Below are positions 46,947-55,821 of a stretch of 64,000 bases of DNA, piece by piece. The translations under genes were made by a program, and so were the position numbers. The first letter of the stretch is position 1. Each line of letters starts with the position of its first letter. Location: assembly GCA_041652935.1 (NCBI GenBank), contig JBAZGH010000001.1:7393-71392 (forward strand). Direction: 5' to 3'. The notes under the pieces are model-generated. The model made no database searches, was not told where the DNA came from, and saw only the letters and a list, made by a program, of their open reading frames with translations. The stretch comes from Patescibacteria group bacterium. Lineage in GTDB: Bacteria > Patescibacteriota > Patescibacteriia > Patescibacteriales > XYC2-FULL-47-12.

Positions 46947-47384
46947 ATGTTTAAAGTCGGAGCATTTGCTATTATTTTTGACAAAGATGGGAAGGTGCTA
47001 TTATGCCACCGTCTCGATTACGATCTATGGAATTTGCCCGGAGGCGGTCTGAATGATAAAGAATCTCCGTGGGAGGCGGTAATTAGGGAAACAAAAGAAG
47101 AGACAGGGCTGGATGTTGAAATTGAAAAGTTAGTTGGTATTTATAGCAAGAATAACAAAAATGACATAGTTTTTTCTTTTAAGTGCAAAGTTATCGGGGG
47201 AGAAATCGCATTATCGGATGAGGCGGATGAAATTGAATATTTTGATATTAACAGTCTGCCTAAAAATACAGTCCCCAAACAGGTTGTTAGAATAAAAGAT
47301 GCCTTTGCGGATAAAAAAGAAGTAATTCTAAAAATACAGGGCGGACCGGAGGCCATTGAATTAGTAAAGCAAGGAAAATTATAA
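46947..47384 (+). CDS. NUDIX hydrolase
   Basis: PGG.....E.......RETKEETGL Nudix box. Confidence 0.92.
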   Translation: MFKVGAFAIIFDKDGKVLLCHRLDYDLWNLPGGGLNDKESPWEAVIRETKEETGLDVEIEKLVGIYSKNNKNDIVFSFKCKVIGGEIALSDEADEIEYFDINSLPKNTVPKQVVRIKDAFADKKEVILKIQGGPEAIELVKQGKL

Positions 47385-47409
47385 TTTAATTCATTAAGGA
47401 GGATAAAAA

Positions 47410-47460
47410 GTTGCGGGTTGCAGGTCTTAGAACCTAAGTCTTACAACTTACAACCTATAA
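47410..47460. repeat. inverted heptamer array
   Basis: GTTGCGG GTTGCAG ... CTTACAA CTTACAA CCTATAA. Confidence 0.7.
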
Positions 47461-47464
47461 ACGT

Positions 47465-48214
47465 ATGGACATTTTATCAATCGCTATCGCAGTCATTATT
47501 ATTGCGATTATCGTTTTGCGCCAGGTTAACCAGTACGAGCGGGGTGTTATGTTTACTTTGGGAAAATTTACCGGCGTTGCCGAGCCGGGCTGGCGCGTTG
47601 TTATACCTATTTTTCAGTTTATGAAAAAAGTAGATATGCGCGTTAAGGCGGTTGACGTGCCGGACCAAAAAGCAATCACTCGCGACAATATTTCCGTAAC
47701 TGTTAACGCGGTAATTTATTATAAAGTAGCTGATGCATCAAAAGCGGTAATCGCTGTGGAAGATTTCCGTTACGCAATTTCACAATTGGCGCAGACTACG
47801 ATGCGCAATATTGTCGGCGAGATTAGTTTGGATGAGTTATTGGCGGAAAGGGAAAAAACATCAGAACGCATCCGCGATATTGTTGATAAAGTTTCCGACG
47901 CCTGGGGCATTAAAGTGGAAAACGTGGAATTGAAAGATGTCAGCTTGCCGGCGGACATGGAGCGCACGATTGCCAAACAGGCCGAGGCTGAACGGGAAAA
48001 AAGAGCGGTTATAATTAAAGCCGAAGGCGAGGTGGCGGCGGCGGAAAATATGGCAAAAGCAGCCGGTATTTTATCAGGATCAACGGGCGCCCTGCATTTG
48101 CGCACCCTGCAATCAATTAATGACTTAAGCTCCGATCAATCTAACACGGTAATTTTCGCTTTACCGGTAGAAATACTGCGCGCGTTTGAATCATTCACTA
48201 AGAAAAATACTTAA
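47465..48214 (+). CDS. SPFH/stomatin (slipin) family protein
   Basis: YERGV.F.LG, ITRDN, LAQTTMR..G, QAEAERE.RA, LR.LQ. Confidence 0.92.
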   Translation: MDILSIAIAVIIIAIIVLRQVNQYERGVMFTLGKFTGVAEPGWRVVIPIFQFMKKVDMRVKAVDVPDQKAITRDNISVTVNAVIYYKVADASKAVIAVEDFRYAISQLAQTTMRNIVGEISLDELLAEREKTSERIRDIVDKVSDAWGIKVENVELKDVSLPADMERTIAKQAEAEREKRAVIIKAEGEVAAAENMAKAAGILSGSTGALHLRTLQSINDLSSDQSNTVIFALPVEILRAFESFTKKNT

Positions 48215-48223
48215 ATAAAATTT

Positions 48224-48616
48224 ATGCTTAATAAAAAAGGAGGAACAATTTTTTATCTGCTTTTTATAATCGCAGCCATTTTAATTGTTGGTTTGATAAT
48301 TTTTTATTATAGCCAAAAAGACGATGTCGGTGATAATATGGCGGAAACGCAAGTTGATTTAACCCAGTTAGCTGAAAATTACAAGAACAAGGTCAAAGAT
48401 ATTATGCCGGCGTATAAAGAGGCGATAGAGGGTATTAATCAGGAAAAATTAGAAGAACTGCGCGTCCAGTTGCTCTCATTGAAAATGCCGTCAGAATTCA
48501 AAGATTTGCACGTTGAACTTATTTTGCTTTTGGACAAGCTAGAGCAAAATTATTCATCCGAAGAAGCGCAAAAAAAGTTAGAAGAAATAATATCCCAATA
48601 TAATTGGCTTAAATAA
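48224..48616 (+). CDS. hypothetical single-TM protein
   Basis: N-terminal KKG plus hydrophobic helix, then a helical domain. Confidence 0.75.
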   Translation: MLNKKGGTIFYLLFIIAAILIVGLIIFYYSQKDDVGDNMAETQVDLTQLAENYKNKVKDIMPAYKEAIEGINQEKLEELRVQLLSLKMPSEFKDLHVELILLLDKLEQNYSSEEAQKKLEEIISQYNWLK

Positions 48617-48626
48617 ACGCAGCAAT

Positions 48627-49385
48627 ATGCTTAACCGCCACACACCATTAATTATCTCGATTATATTATTTTTCGGCTGGGAAATAATTGTTTTTTTTCC
48701 AAAAAATTTTTTAATTGCCGCAGCGGTTGTTATAATTTTGCCAACCATTTTATTATTAAGATTAAATAAATTTAATTTTAAGAGCGGTGATTTTTGGCTG
48801 CTGGCATCTCCCTGCCTGTTTTTAATATTATCGGCCAGTTTGTTTTTTCTTTTTCTTAACTATCCAGCGGTAAAGCATTCTGTGATTATAATTTTAACCG
48901 TAATCAGTTATTATTTCATATCTTATCTTTATTATTTTTTATGCCGGATAACAAAGTACACACCCCTTAGCTTGGAAAGCTCTTCCTCTTATTTTAATAT
49001 AATCAGTTTTTTATTTCTAAGCACCTCTTTCTATGGCTTTATAAATTTACTGAATTTAAAGATGTGGTACTTGGCGGTAATTTTAACAGCGGCGGTTTTT
49101 ATCTTAACTTACCAGTTTTTTTGGATTAATAAGGTCGGCGAGCGTAATAATTTATTAATTTCAACATTAGTTTCCATTTTGATGGCTGAATTTTTTTGGT
49201 CAATTTCCTTTCTGCCGATTTCCCACTTTATCAGCGGTCTGTCCCTTGCTATAATATACTATGTGTTAATAAATATACTGCTTTTGCATTTTTTAGAAAA
49301 ATTTGATAAAAAGACTGTAATAAAGTATTTTATCATCGGGCTATCCTGCATTTTTATTATATTATTGTCAGCTCGCTGGCTATAG
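48627..49385 (+). CDS. hypothetical polytopic membrane protein
   Basis: Many hydrophobic segments, co-oriented. Confidence 0.75.
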   Translation: MLNRHTPLIISIILFFGWEIIVFFPKNFLIAAAVVIILPTILLLRLNKFNFKSGDFWLLASPCLFLILSASLFFLFLNYPAVKHSVIIILTVISYYFISYLYYFLCRITKYTPLSLESSSSYFNIISFLFLSTSFYGFINLLNLKMWYLAVILTAAVFILTYQFFWINKVGERNNLLISTLVSILMAEFFWSISFLPISHFISGLSLAIIYYVLINILLLHFLEKFDKKTVIKYFIIGLSCIFIILLSARWL

Positions 49386-49424
49386 TTCAAAATCTTTATA
49401 CGTACTAAATACTACGTCAAACCA

Positions 49425-49567
49425 TTAATTCGAATGCTTTGTACGGATTTATGCGGACACAGATGAATGCGAATGCTGCGAATTCAGTACAAACATTATT
49501 TTATTAATATTTGAGGCATTCGCATTCATCTGGGTCGTTTGAGATAAGTACAACGAATTCGAATTAA
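49425..49567. repeat. gene-less long hairpin element
   Basis: TTAATTCGAAT/ATTCGAATTAA termini, perfect 17-bp inner IR at 49460-49476 and 49516-49532. Confidence 0.85.
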
Positions 49568-49610
49568 GGGATTGTAGAACATTTTAGTCCGCACTAATAA
49601 ACTTCTATAT

Positions 49611-50723
49611 ATGTCTAGAAATTACAAAATTACAATTTTAATAATAACAATAATAGTAAGCTTGGCAGGCGGCGTGATAGGCGGAATTATCTTCCGTTCC
49701 TATTTAATTAACTCTTCTTTCGGGATACCTCTCTGGGGAGATATTAATTTAAGCGATAATTATCAGCAAGGACAAATTGTTATCAGCCAGCCGAAAAAAG
49801 TGATTGTCGAGCAAAATGACAGGATTGCCGAAGTCGCTTCCGGAGCAATAAGGAATAAAGTAAGTTTTTACATAAAAAAACAGCCGGTTTTAAGCAACCA
49901 AGGCGGCGTTTTTAATATTAAAGAGTATTATCTTCCTGGAGATAAGGCGGGGGAGGGGTTAGTGCTTACGAATGACGGATGGGCGGTAACAGCGGTAAAA
50001 GTCAGCAAGCCCTTAAGTTATATCGCGGTTGACAGTGAAAAAGATATTATCGCCATAGAGCGGAGTTATTTTGACGAAGTAAGCGGATATTATTTCGTTA
50101 AATTAAACGCCTCTGATTTATCGGTAGCTCAGTTTACGGAGCCGGAAAGCATGAGGATAGGCCAGTTGGCAGTTGCTTTTTCAGAGGGGGGGATAAAAAC
50201 AGCTTATATTGAAAAAATAAATTATTATCCTGATTACAACTTGGTAAAATCAAGTGAAAATGATTTTAGTTATCTTAAAATAAGCGAAGAAAATTTAGCG
50301 TTGGGCGATATTTGTTTCGGCCTTGACGGCTCCGCGGTCGGCTTATACGCAAAAGAAGAGGCATTAATGCCCATAAATTATTTTAAGAAATTATTGCCCA
50401 ATTTATTAAATAAGGGTGAAATAACACGTTCTTATTTGGGAATAAATTATATTTTATTAGACGAATTAACGGGAGAAGAAAAATTAAGCGGTGCAATAAT
50501 TGCCAAAGATTCTATAGGAGTTTCCATAGAAAAGAAAAGCCCGGCAGAAGCTGCCGGATTGCTTGAGGGAGATATAATTTTGGAGATTGAAGGCAGAAAA
50601 ATCAGCGAAACAAATAATTTAAGCGATATAATACTGGGATATAAAACGGGAGAAGAAATTGAGATAAAAATTGAGCGCAGGGGAGAAGAGCGGCAAATTA
50701 AGGTGGTTTTAGGGGGGCAATAG
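49611..50723 (+). CDS. HtrA/S1C-like membrane protein with PDZ domain, catalytic triad apparently lost
   Basis: G.GLVLTNDGW.VT, IGQ..VA, YLGI, SPAEAAGL.EGDII. Confidence 0.8.
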   Translation: MSRNYKITILIITIIVSLAGGVIGGIIFRSYLINSSFGIPLWGDINLSDNYQQGQIVISQPKKVIVEQNDRIAEVASGAIRNKVSFYIKKQPVLSNQGGVFNIKEYYLPGDKAGEGLVLTNDGWAVTAVKVSKPLSYIAVDSEKDIIAIERSYFDEVSGYYFVKLNASDLSVAQFTEPESMRIGQLAVAFSEGGIKTAYIEKINYYPDYNLVKSSENDFSYLKISEENLALGDICFGLDGSAVGLYAKEEALMPINYFKKLLPNLLNKGEITRSYLGINYILLDELTGEEKLSGAIIAKDSIGVSIEKKSPAEAAGLLEGDIILEIEGRKISETNNLSDIILGYKTGEEIEIKIERRGEERQIKVVLGGQ

Positions 50724-50749
50724 GCGGTATAAGTAATTTTGCATAAACA

Positions 50750-50774
50750 GCGAGATATTTACTCTCGTTTTTTT
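50750..50774 (+). terminator. intrinsic terminator
   Basis: GCGAGA/TCTCGT stem plus T-tract. Confidence 0.55.
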
Positions 50775-50808
50775 ATTACTTAAATTATGTTATAATATAC
50801 ACAAGATT

Positions 50809-52002
50809 ATGAAAATAAAAACAATTAAAAATATTAAGAATTTGCGAGGCAAAAGAGTTCTTGTTCGTTGTGATTTTAATGTTGCAATCAAAGACCATAA
50901 AATAATTGACGATTTTAAAATTATCCAAACTTTGCCCACTATTAGATATTTAACAAATAAGGGAGCGAAAGTTATTATTATTACTCATTTAGGCAGGCCT
51001 ACGACAAGCAACAAGCCACAAGCAACAAGTAATCAAAAATATACCATCAAACCGATTATAATTCGGTTGAATAAACTTTTAGGAAAAAAAGTTAAATATT
51101 TAGAAAATTTTTTAGATGACGGTGCTAAAGATGCGGTTAATGATTTAAAAAACGGGCAAATATTAATGTTGGAAAATATTAGGTTTTATCAAGGAGAAAA
51201 GAAAAATGACAAAAAATTCGGCAAAGAATTAGCCGGCTTGGCTGATATTTATGTAAATGACGCGTTGGCGGTTTCACATCGGGCGCACGCTTCAGTCAGC
51301 GCCATCCAAAATTTTTTGCCGTCTTACTCCGGATTATTGCTGGAAAAAGAAATATTGAATTTAAATAAAATTATCCATCCGCAAAAGCCGTTGGCGGTAA
51401 TTATGGGAGGCGCTAAAATAGAAACCAAGGTGCCGGTCATAAAAAAACTCGCGAAAAAAGCCAGTGTAATTTTTATCGGCGGAATGATAAGCTATGATTT
51501 TTTAGCAGCTTTGAAATTAAGTACCGGCAAATACAAAGTTAACGTAAAAAATAAAAAGCTGGCAAGAAAGTTATTGGGCAAAAAAATAATTTTGCCGATA
51601 GATTTTGTGGCCAGTAGTTCTAAAAATGGGCGGGGAAAAATACGGGTTGTGGCTGCCGATGAAATTCCTAAAAATAGCTGGCAACTAGACATCGGGCCGG
51701 AAACAATCCGTTTTTATTCTCAGCATCTTAAACAGGCAAAAACGATAATCTGGAACGGGCCAATGGGCATGTTTGAAAATGATAAATTTAAAAACGGAAC
51801 ATTATCTATTGCCCGGGTAGTTGCTTCCGTGTCGCAAGGCAGGGCTTTTGGCATTGCCGGCGGAGGAGAAACCGTTGTTGCTTTAAAAAAAACAAAAATG
51901 CTTGAGCATGTTGACTGGGTATCAACCGGAGGCGGAGCAATGCTGGCGTATCTGGCTGGAGAGAAGATGCCGGGACTAACTAAGTTAAAAGTTGGAAAGT
52001 AA
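50809..52002 (+). CDS. pgk: phosphoglycerate kinase
   Basis: VRCDFNV, HLGRP, LENIRF, HRAHAS, GGAK, DIGP.T, WNGPMG.FE, STGGGA. Confidence 0.96.
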   Translation: MKIKTIKNIKNLRGKRVLVRCDFNVAIKDHKIIDDFKIIQTLPTIRYLTNKGAKVIIITHLGRPTTSNKPQATSNQKYTIKPIIIRLNKLLGKKVKYLENFLDDGAKDAVNDLKNGQILMLENIRFYQGEKKNDKKFGKELAGLADIYVNDALAVSHRAHASVSAIQNFLPSYSGLLLEKEILNLNKIIHPQKPLAVIMGGAKIETKVPVIKKLAKKASVIFIGGMISYDFLAALKLSTGKYKVNVKNKKLARKLLGKKIILPIDFVASSSKNGRGKIRVVAADEIPKNSWQLDIGPETIRFYSQHLKQAKTIIWNGPMGMFENDKFKNGTLSIARVVASVSQGRAFGIAGGGETVVALKKTKMLEHVDWVSTGGGAMLAYLAGEKMPGLTKLKVGK

Positions 52003-52098
52003 AAAATAGAAAGTGCGATGAACGACGAACAAAATTGAGAAATTGGAAGCTAGAAAATTAATAAAAAATATCTAAATTATAAATTTAATTAAAAAAAT

Positions 52099-52863
52099 AT
52101 GCAGAAGCAAAATAATCAAATTTTATTAATTTTAGCCGGCATTTTGACTTTAGTAATTGTAATTTGGATTGGGGTTTTGACGCGCAATAGTCTGAAAGAA
52201 TACCGCTATATAGGGCAGAGCGCCGAGCAGAAGCATTCTATTTATATGAACGGCGAGGGAAAAATTACCGCCGTGCCTGATATCGCTAAAATCCAGCTTG
52301 GCCATTCGGTAGAAAAAAAGAAAGTGGCTGACGCGCAGAAAGAAAATACGGAAAAAATGAACGCGGTTATAAAGAAATTAAAAGAAGAGTTTGATATAGA
52401 GGCTAAAGATATCCAAACCGCCAATTACAATATTTACCCGCAGTATAATTGGACCGACGGGCGGCAAGTGTTGGGCGGATATGAGGTTTCCCAGAATATA
52501 AGCGTAAAAATAAGGGACTTGAATAATATCAGTGATATTTTAGATATGGCCGGGGCAGAAGGATTGAACCAAGTCGGCGGATTAAGTTTTGAGGTTGACG
52601 ATCCGCAGGAACTAAAACAGCAGGCGCGAGAGCTTGCTATACAGCATGCCAAAGAAAAAGCAGAGAGCCTGGCTAAAGTCGCCGGCGTAAAGCTTGGCAA
52701 CATAATCAGTTTTTCTGAATATTCAACCGAACCTCAGTACAGCACTAATAACTTTTTAGCCAAAGAAGCGTACGGCCTGGGCGGAGCTGACAGTTCCCCC
52801 GATGTGGAGGTTGGCAGTACGGAAGTTATCGTAACGGCAACAGTGGAATATGAGATATATTAG
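52099..52863 (+). CDS. SIMPL (DUF541) domain protein
   Basis: GEGK...PDIA, DIQT, P.Y, GY, A...AK.KA..LA...G..LG. Confidence 0.88.
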   Translation: MQKQNNQILLILAGILTLVIVIWIGVLTRNSLKEYRYIGQSAEQKHSIYMNGEGKITAVPDIAKIQLGHSVEKKKVADAQKENTEKMNAVIKKLKEEFDIEAKDIQTANYNIYPQYNWTDGRQVLGGYEVSQNISVKIRDLNNISDILDMAGAEGLNQVGGLSFEVDDPQELKQQARELAIQHAKEKAESLAKVAGVKLGNIISFSEYSTEPQYSTNNFLAKEAYGLGGADSSPDVEVGSTEVIVTATVEYEIY

Positions 52864-52952
52864 TAAAAAGTTGAAAGTTATAAAATTAAAAGCCTGCCTG
52901 TTGGCAGACGGGCTAATATACAAATATAAAATATATAAATAAAGGAGGACAT

Positions 52953-54223
52953 ATGCTTAAAATTAGAAATATAACAGCTCGTGAAATTTTAGATTCTCGG
53001 GGAAATCCGACCGTGGAGGCGCAAGTGGAGCTTGAAAACGGAATTAAAGCCAAAGCATCAGTACCGTCAGGCGCATCCACTGGCGACCACGAAGCGCATG
53101 AATTGCGCGACGGCGATAAAGATCGCTATAGCGGGTTGGGCGTGCTTAAGGCTGTAAAAAATGTAGAAAGTAAAATTGCGCCGGAATTACGGGGAACTGA
53201 TTGTACCAAGCAGGAAAAAATTGATCAAACAATGATTAAGCTGGACGGCACTAAAAATAAAAAGAAATTGGGCGCGAATGCTATTTTGGCAGTATCACTA
53301 GCCTGTGCGCGAGCTGCATCTGTATCTGAAAAGCAGGAATTATATGAATACATTCGTCAATCTTACAACTCACAACTTACAACCTACAATTTACCTGTGC
53401 CGAGTTTTAATATATTTAACGGCGGCAAGCATGCTGATACGAATTTGGATTTTCAGGAATTTATGGTTATTCAATGGCAAAAAATTATAAGAAGGGGCAG
53501 TTTGCCGAACAGATTAAAATGGGAGCTGAAATATTCCATGAATTGGGAAAAGTTTTGCTTGAATCGGGGTTTGATACTGACGTTGGCAGTGAAGGCGGAT
53601 ACGCGCCCGATATTTATTCTTCCGTGCAGGCGATGGAATTTATTATGGCGGCCGGAGTTAGAACCGGCTACCAAATAGGGAAAGATTTCGGGCTGGGGAT
53701 TGACGTCGGTTCTTCCGAACTTTATGACTTGCGGACAAAAAAATATATTTTTAAGCTAGATCAGGCCATTTTCGCCAATTCCACCCTAGTTGATTTATAC
53801 CACGAATGGCTGAAAAAATTTAATGTTATCTCAATTGAGGATGGTCTGGCCCAGGATGACTGGGAAGGATGGGAGGAACTTACCAGAATGCTAAAAAAAG
53901 AAGTAATGATAGTGGGTGATGATTTGTTTGTCACAAATATTGAGCGCTTAAAAAAGGGGATAAAGAAAAAAGTTGCCAATACGATTTTAATAAAGCCCAA
54001 TCAGGTCGGAACTTTGACCGAAACCATAGAATGTGTTAAATTAGCAAAAAAGAATAAATATAAAATATTTGTTTCGCACCGCAGCGGAGAGACAACGGAT
54101 GATTTTATTGCCGACTTGGCGGTAGCGGTTGGGGCTGATTATGTTAAATTCGGGTCGCTAAGCAGGGGAGAGAGAGTTTGCAAATACAATAGATTAATGG
54201 AGATTGAAAATTTAGTTAATTAG
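52953..54223 (+). pseudogene. eno: enolase split by a 1-nt frameshift near 53472 (pseudogene or sequence error)
   Basis: First ORF has [32 protein letters not shown]. Second frame has EGGYAP, IEDGL, VGDDLFVTN, VSHRSGET. Confidence 0.85.
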
Positions 54224-54231
54224 TTACACAA

Positions 54232-55821
54232 ATGAAAAATTTTAATAATATCAAAACTAAACCGCTTATTCTTATTATTCTTGATGGTTGGGGCATCGCT
54301 CCGCCAAACAAAGGCAACGCGGTAACCTTAGGAAAAACTCCGACTATGGATAAGCTTGCGAAAAATTATCCGTACACTGAATTATTCGCGCACGGGAAAA
54401 ATGTCGGCCTGCCCAGCTACCAGGACGGAAACAGCGAGGCCGGGCATATGAATATCGGCGCCGGGAGAATCGTCAACCAGGATGTTATTAAAATAAGCAA
54501 AAGCATTAAAGATAAAACTTTTTTTAAGAATGCTGCTTTCTTGCAAGCGATAAAACATGCTAAAGATAATCGATCCCACCTTCATTTAATGGGTCTGCTT
54601 TCAAACGGAATGAGCGCGCACAGCGATCCATTCCACATTGAAGCTCTTTTAAAATTGGCGCGCGAGCATGGGATAAAAAATACTTATTTGCATCTATTTA
54701 CCGACGGTCGGGACTCTCCCCAGCATGCCGCCCTAAAATTAGTGCAGGATTTAGAAAGAAAGCTTTTGCCCAATGAGTATATCGCTACCGTAATGGGCCG
54801 TTATTATGGCATGGACCGTAAGAAAAATTGGAAAGTTACCCAGCAGGCTTATGATGTGTTAACTTGCAAAAAATGCCGTTGGCACAGCTCAAAAGATACT
54901 GCCAGTGCGATTACGCAAAGCTATAACCGCAATAATACGGATGAATTTTTAGAACCGTATGTTATTTTGCGGAAAAATAAAATATTGCCTCGCATAGAAA
55001 ATAATGACAGTATTATTTTTTTTAATTTGCGTTCTGACCGCGCCCGCCAAATAGCAAAGGCTTTTACTCAAGATGATTTTGAGATTAAAAATAAGGGTTC
55101 ATTTAAACGGAAGGAAAAGTTAAAACATTTATGTTTTGTAGCGATGACGGATTTCGGGCCTGACCTAGAATCTATTTTAACGGCTTTTCCCAGTACTGAC
55201 ATGGAAAATACTCTGCCGATGCAATTAAAAGATTGCAGGCAAATTTATATGGCGGAGACGGAAAAATACGCCCATGTAACTTATTTTTTTAACGGCGGTT
55301 ATGCCGATCCGGTGGCGGGAGAGCAAAGGATCCACGTGCCGTCTCCAGACGTAAAATCATATGACCAAAAACCGGAAATGAGTTCGCGGGAGCTGACTGA
55401 TAATATTTTAAAATTTATAAAAAATAAAAATTTTGATTTTCTTACAGTAAATTATGCCTGTCCCGATATGATAGGCCACACAGGAAATTTAGGGGCCGGA
55501 ATCTTGGCAGTTGAAGCCGTTGATAATTATCTTAGTAAAATTATAGCTGAAGCTGAAAAAAATAGAATTAGAATCATAATTACCGCCGACCACGGGAATA
55601 TTGAAGAAATGATCAAGCTTGATACCGGCGAGGTTAACACTGAACACACAACCAATAAAGTGCCGTTTATTTTCTTTGACAATGAGTTCAAAAAAGCAGA
55701 ATTAAGCCAAAAGGGAATTTTAGGCGATATTGCTCCATTTATATTAATGCTGTTGCAAAAGGAAAAACCGAAGACAATGAATAGGGGGATAATGATAAAC
55801 AAAAAGAAATGGAAGCTTTAA
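54232..55821 (+). CDS. gpmI: 2,3-bisphosphoglycerate-independent phosphoglycerate mutase
   Basis: LDGWG, GNSEAGH, DGRD, GRYYGMDR, R.DR, ETEKYAHVT, DMIGHTG, ADHGN, H. Confidence 0.95.
   Translation: MKNFNNIKTKPLILIILDGWGIAPPNKGNAVTLGKTPTMDKLAKNYPYTELFAHGKNVGLPSYQDGNSEAGHMNIGAGRIVNQDVIKISKSIKDKTFFKNAAFLQAIKHAKDNRSHLHLMGLLSNGMSAHSDPFHIEALLKLAREHGIKNTYLHLFTDGRDSPQHAALKLVQDLERKLLPNEYIATVMGRYYGMDRKKNWKVTQQAYDVLTCKKCRWHSSKDTASAITQSYNRNNTDEFLEPYVILRKNKILPRIENNDSIIFFNLRSDRARQIAKAFTQDDFEIKNKGSFKRKEKLKHLCFVAMTDFGPDLESILTAFPSTDMENTLPMQLKDCRQIYMAETEKYAHVTYFFNGGYADPVAGEQRIHVPSPDVKSYDQKPEMSSRELTDNILKFIKNKNFDFLTVNYACPDMIGHTGNLGAGILAVEAVDNYLSKIIAEAEKNRIRIIITADHGNIEEMIKLDTGEVNTEHTTNKVPFIFFDNEFKKAELSQKGILGDIAPFILMLLQKEKPKTMNRGIMINKKKWKL

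Noticed and set aside
53471-53490. Programmed -1 frameshift at the A6 run in eno
   Set aside because: No canonical X XXY YYZ heptamer in frame, and slippage there would not restore the conserved Pro. A single missing C explains it better.
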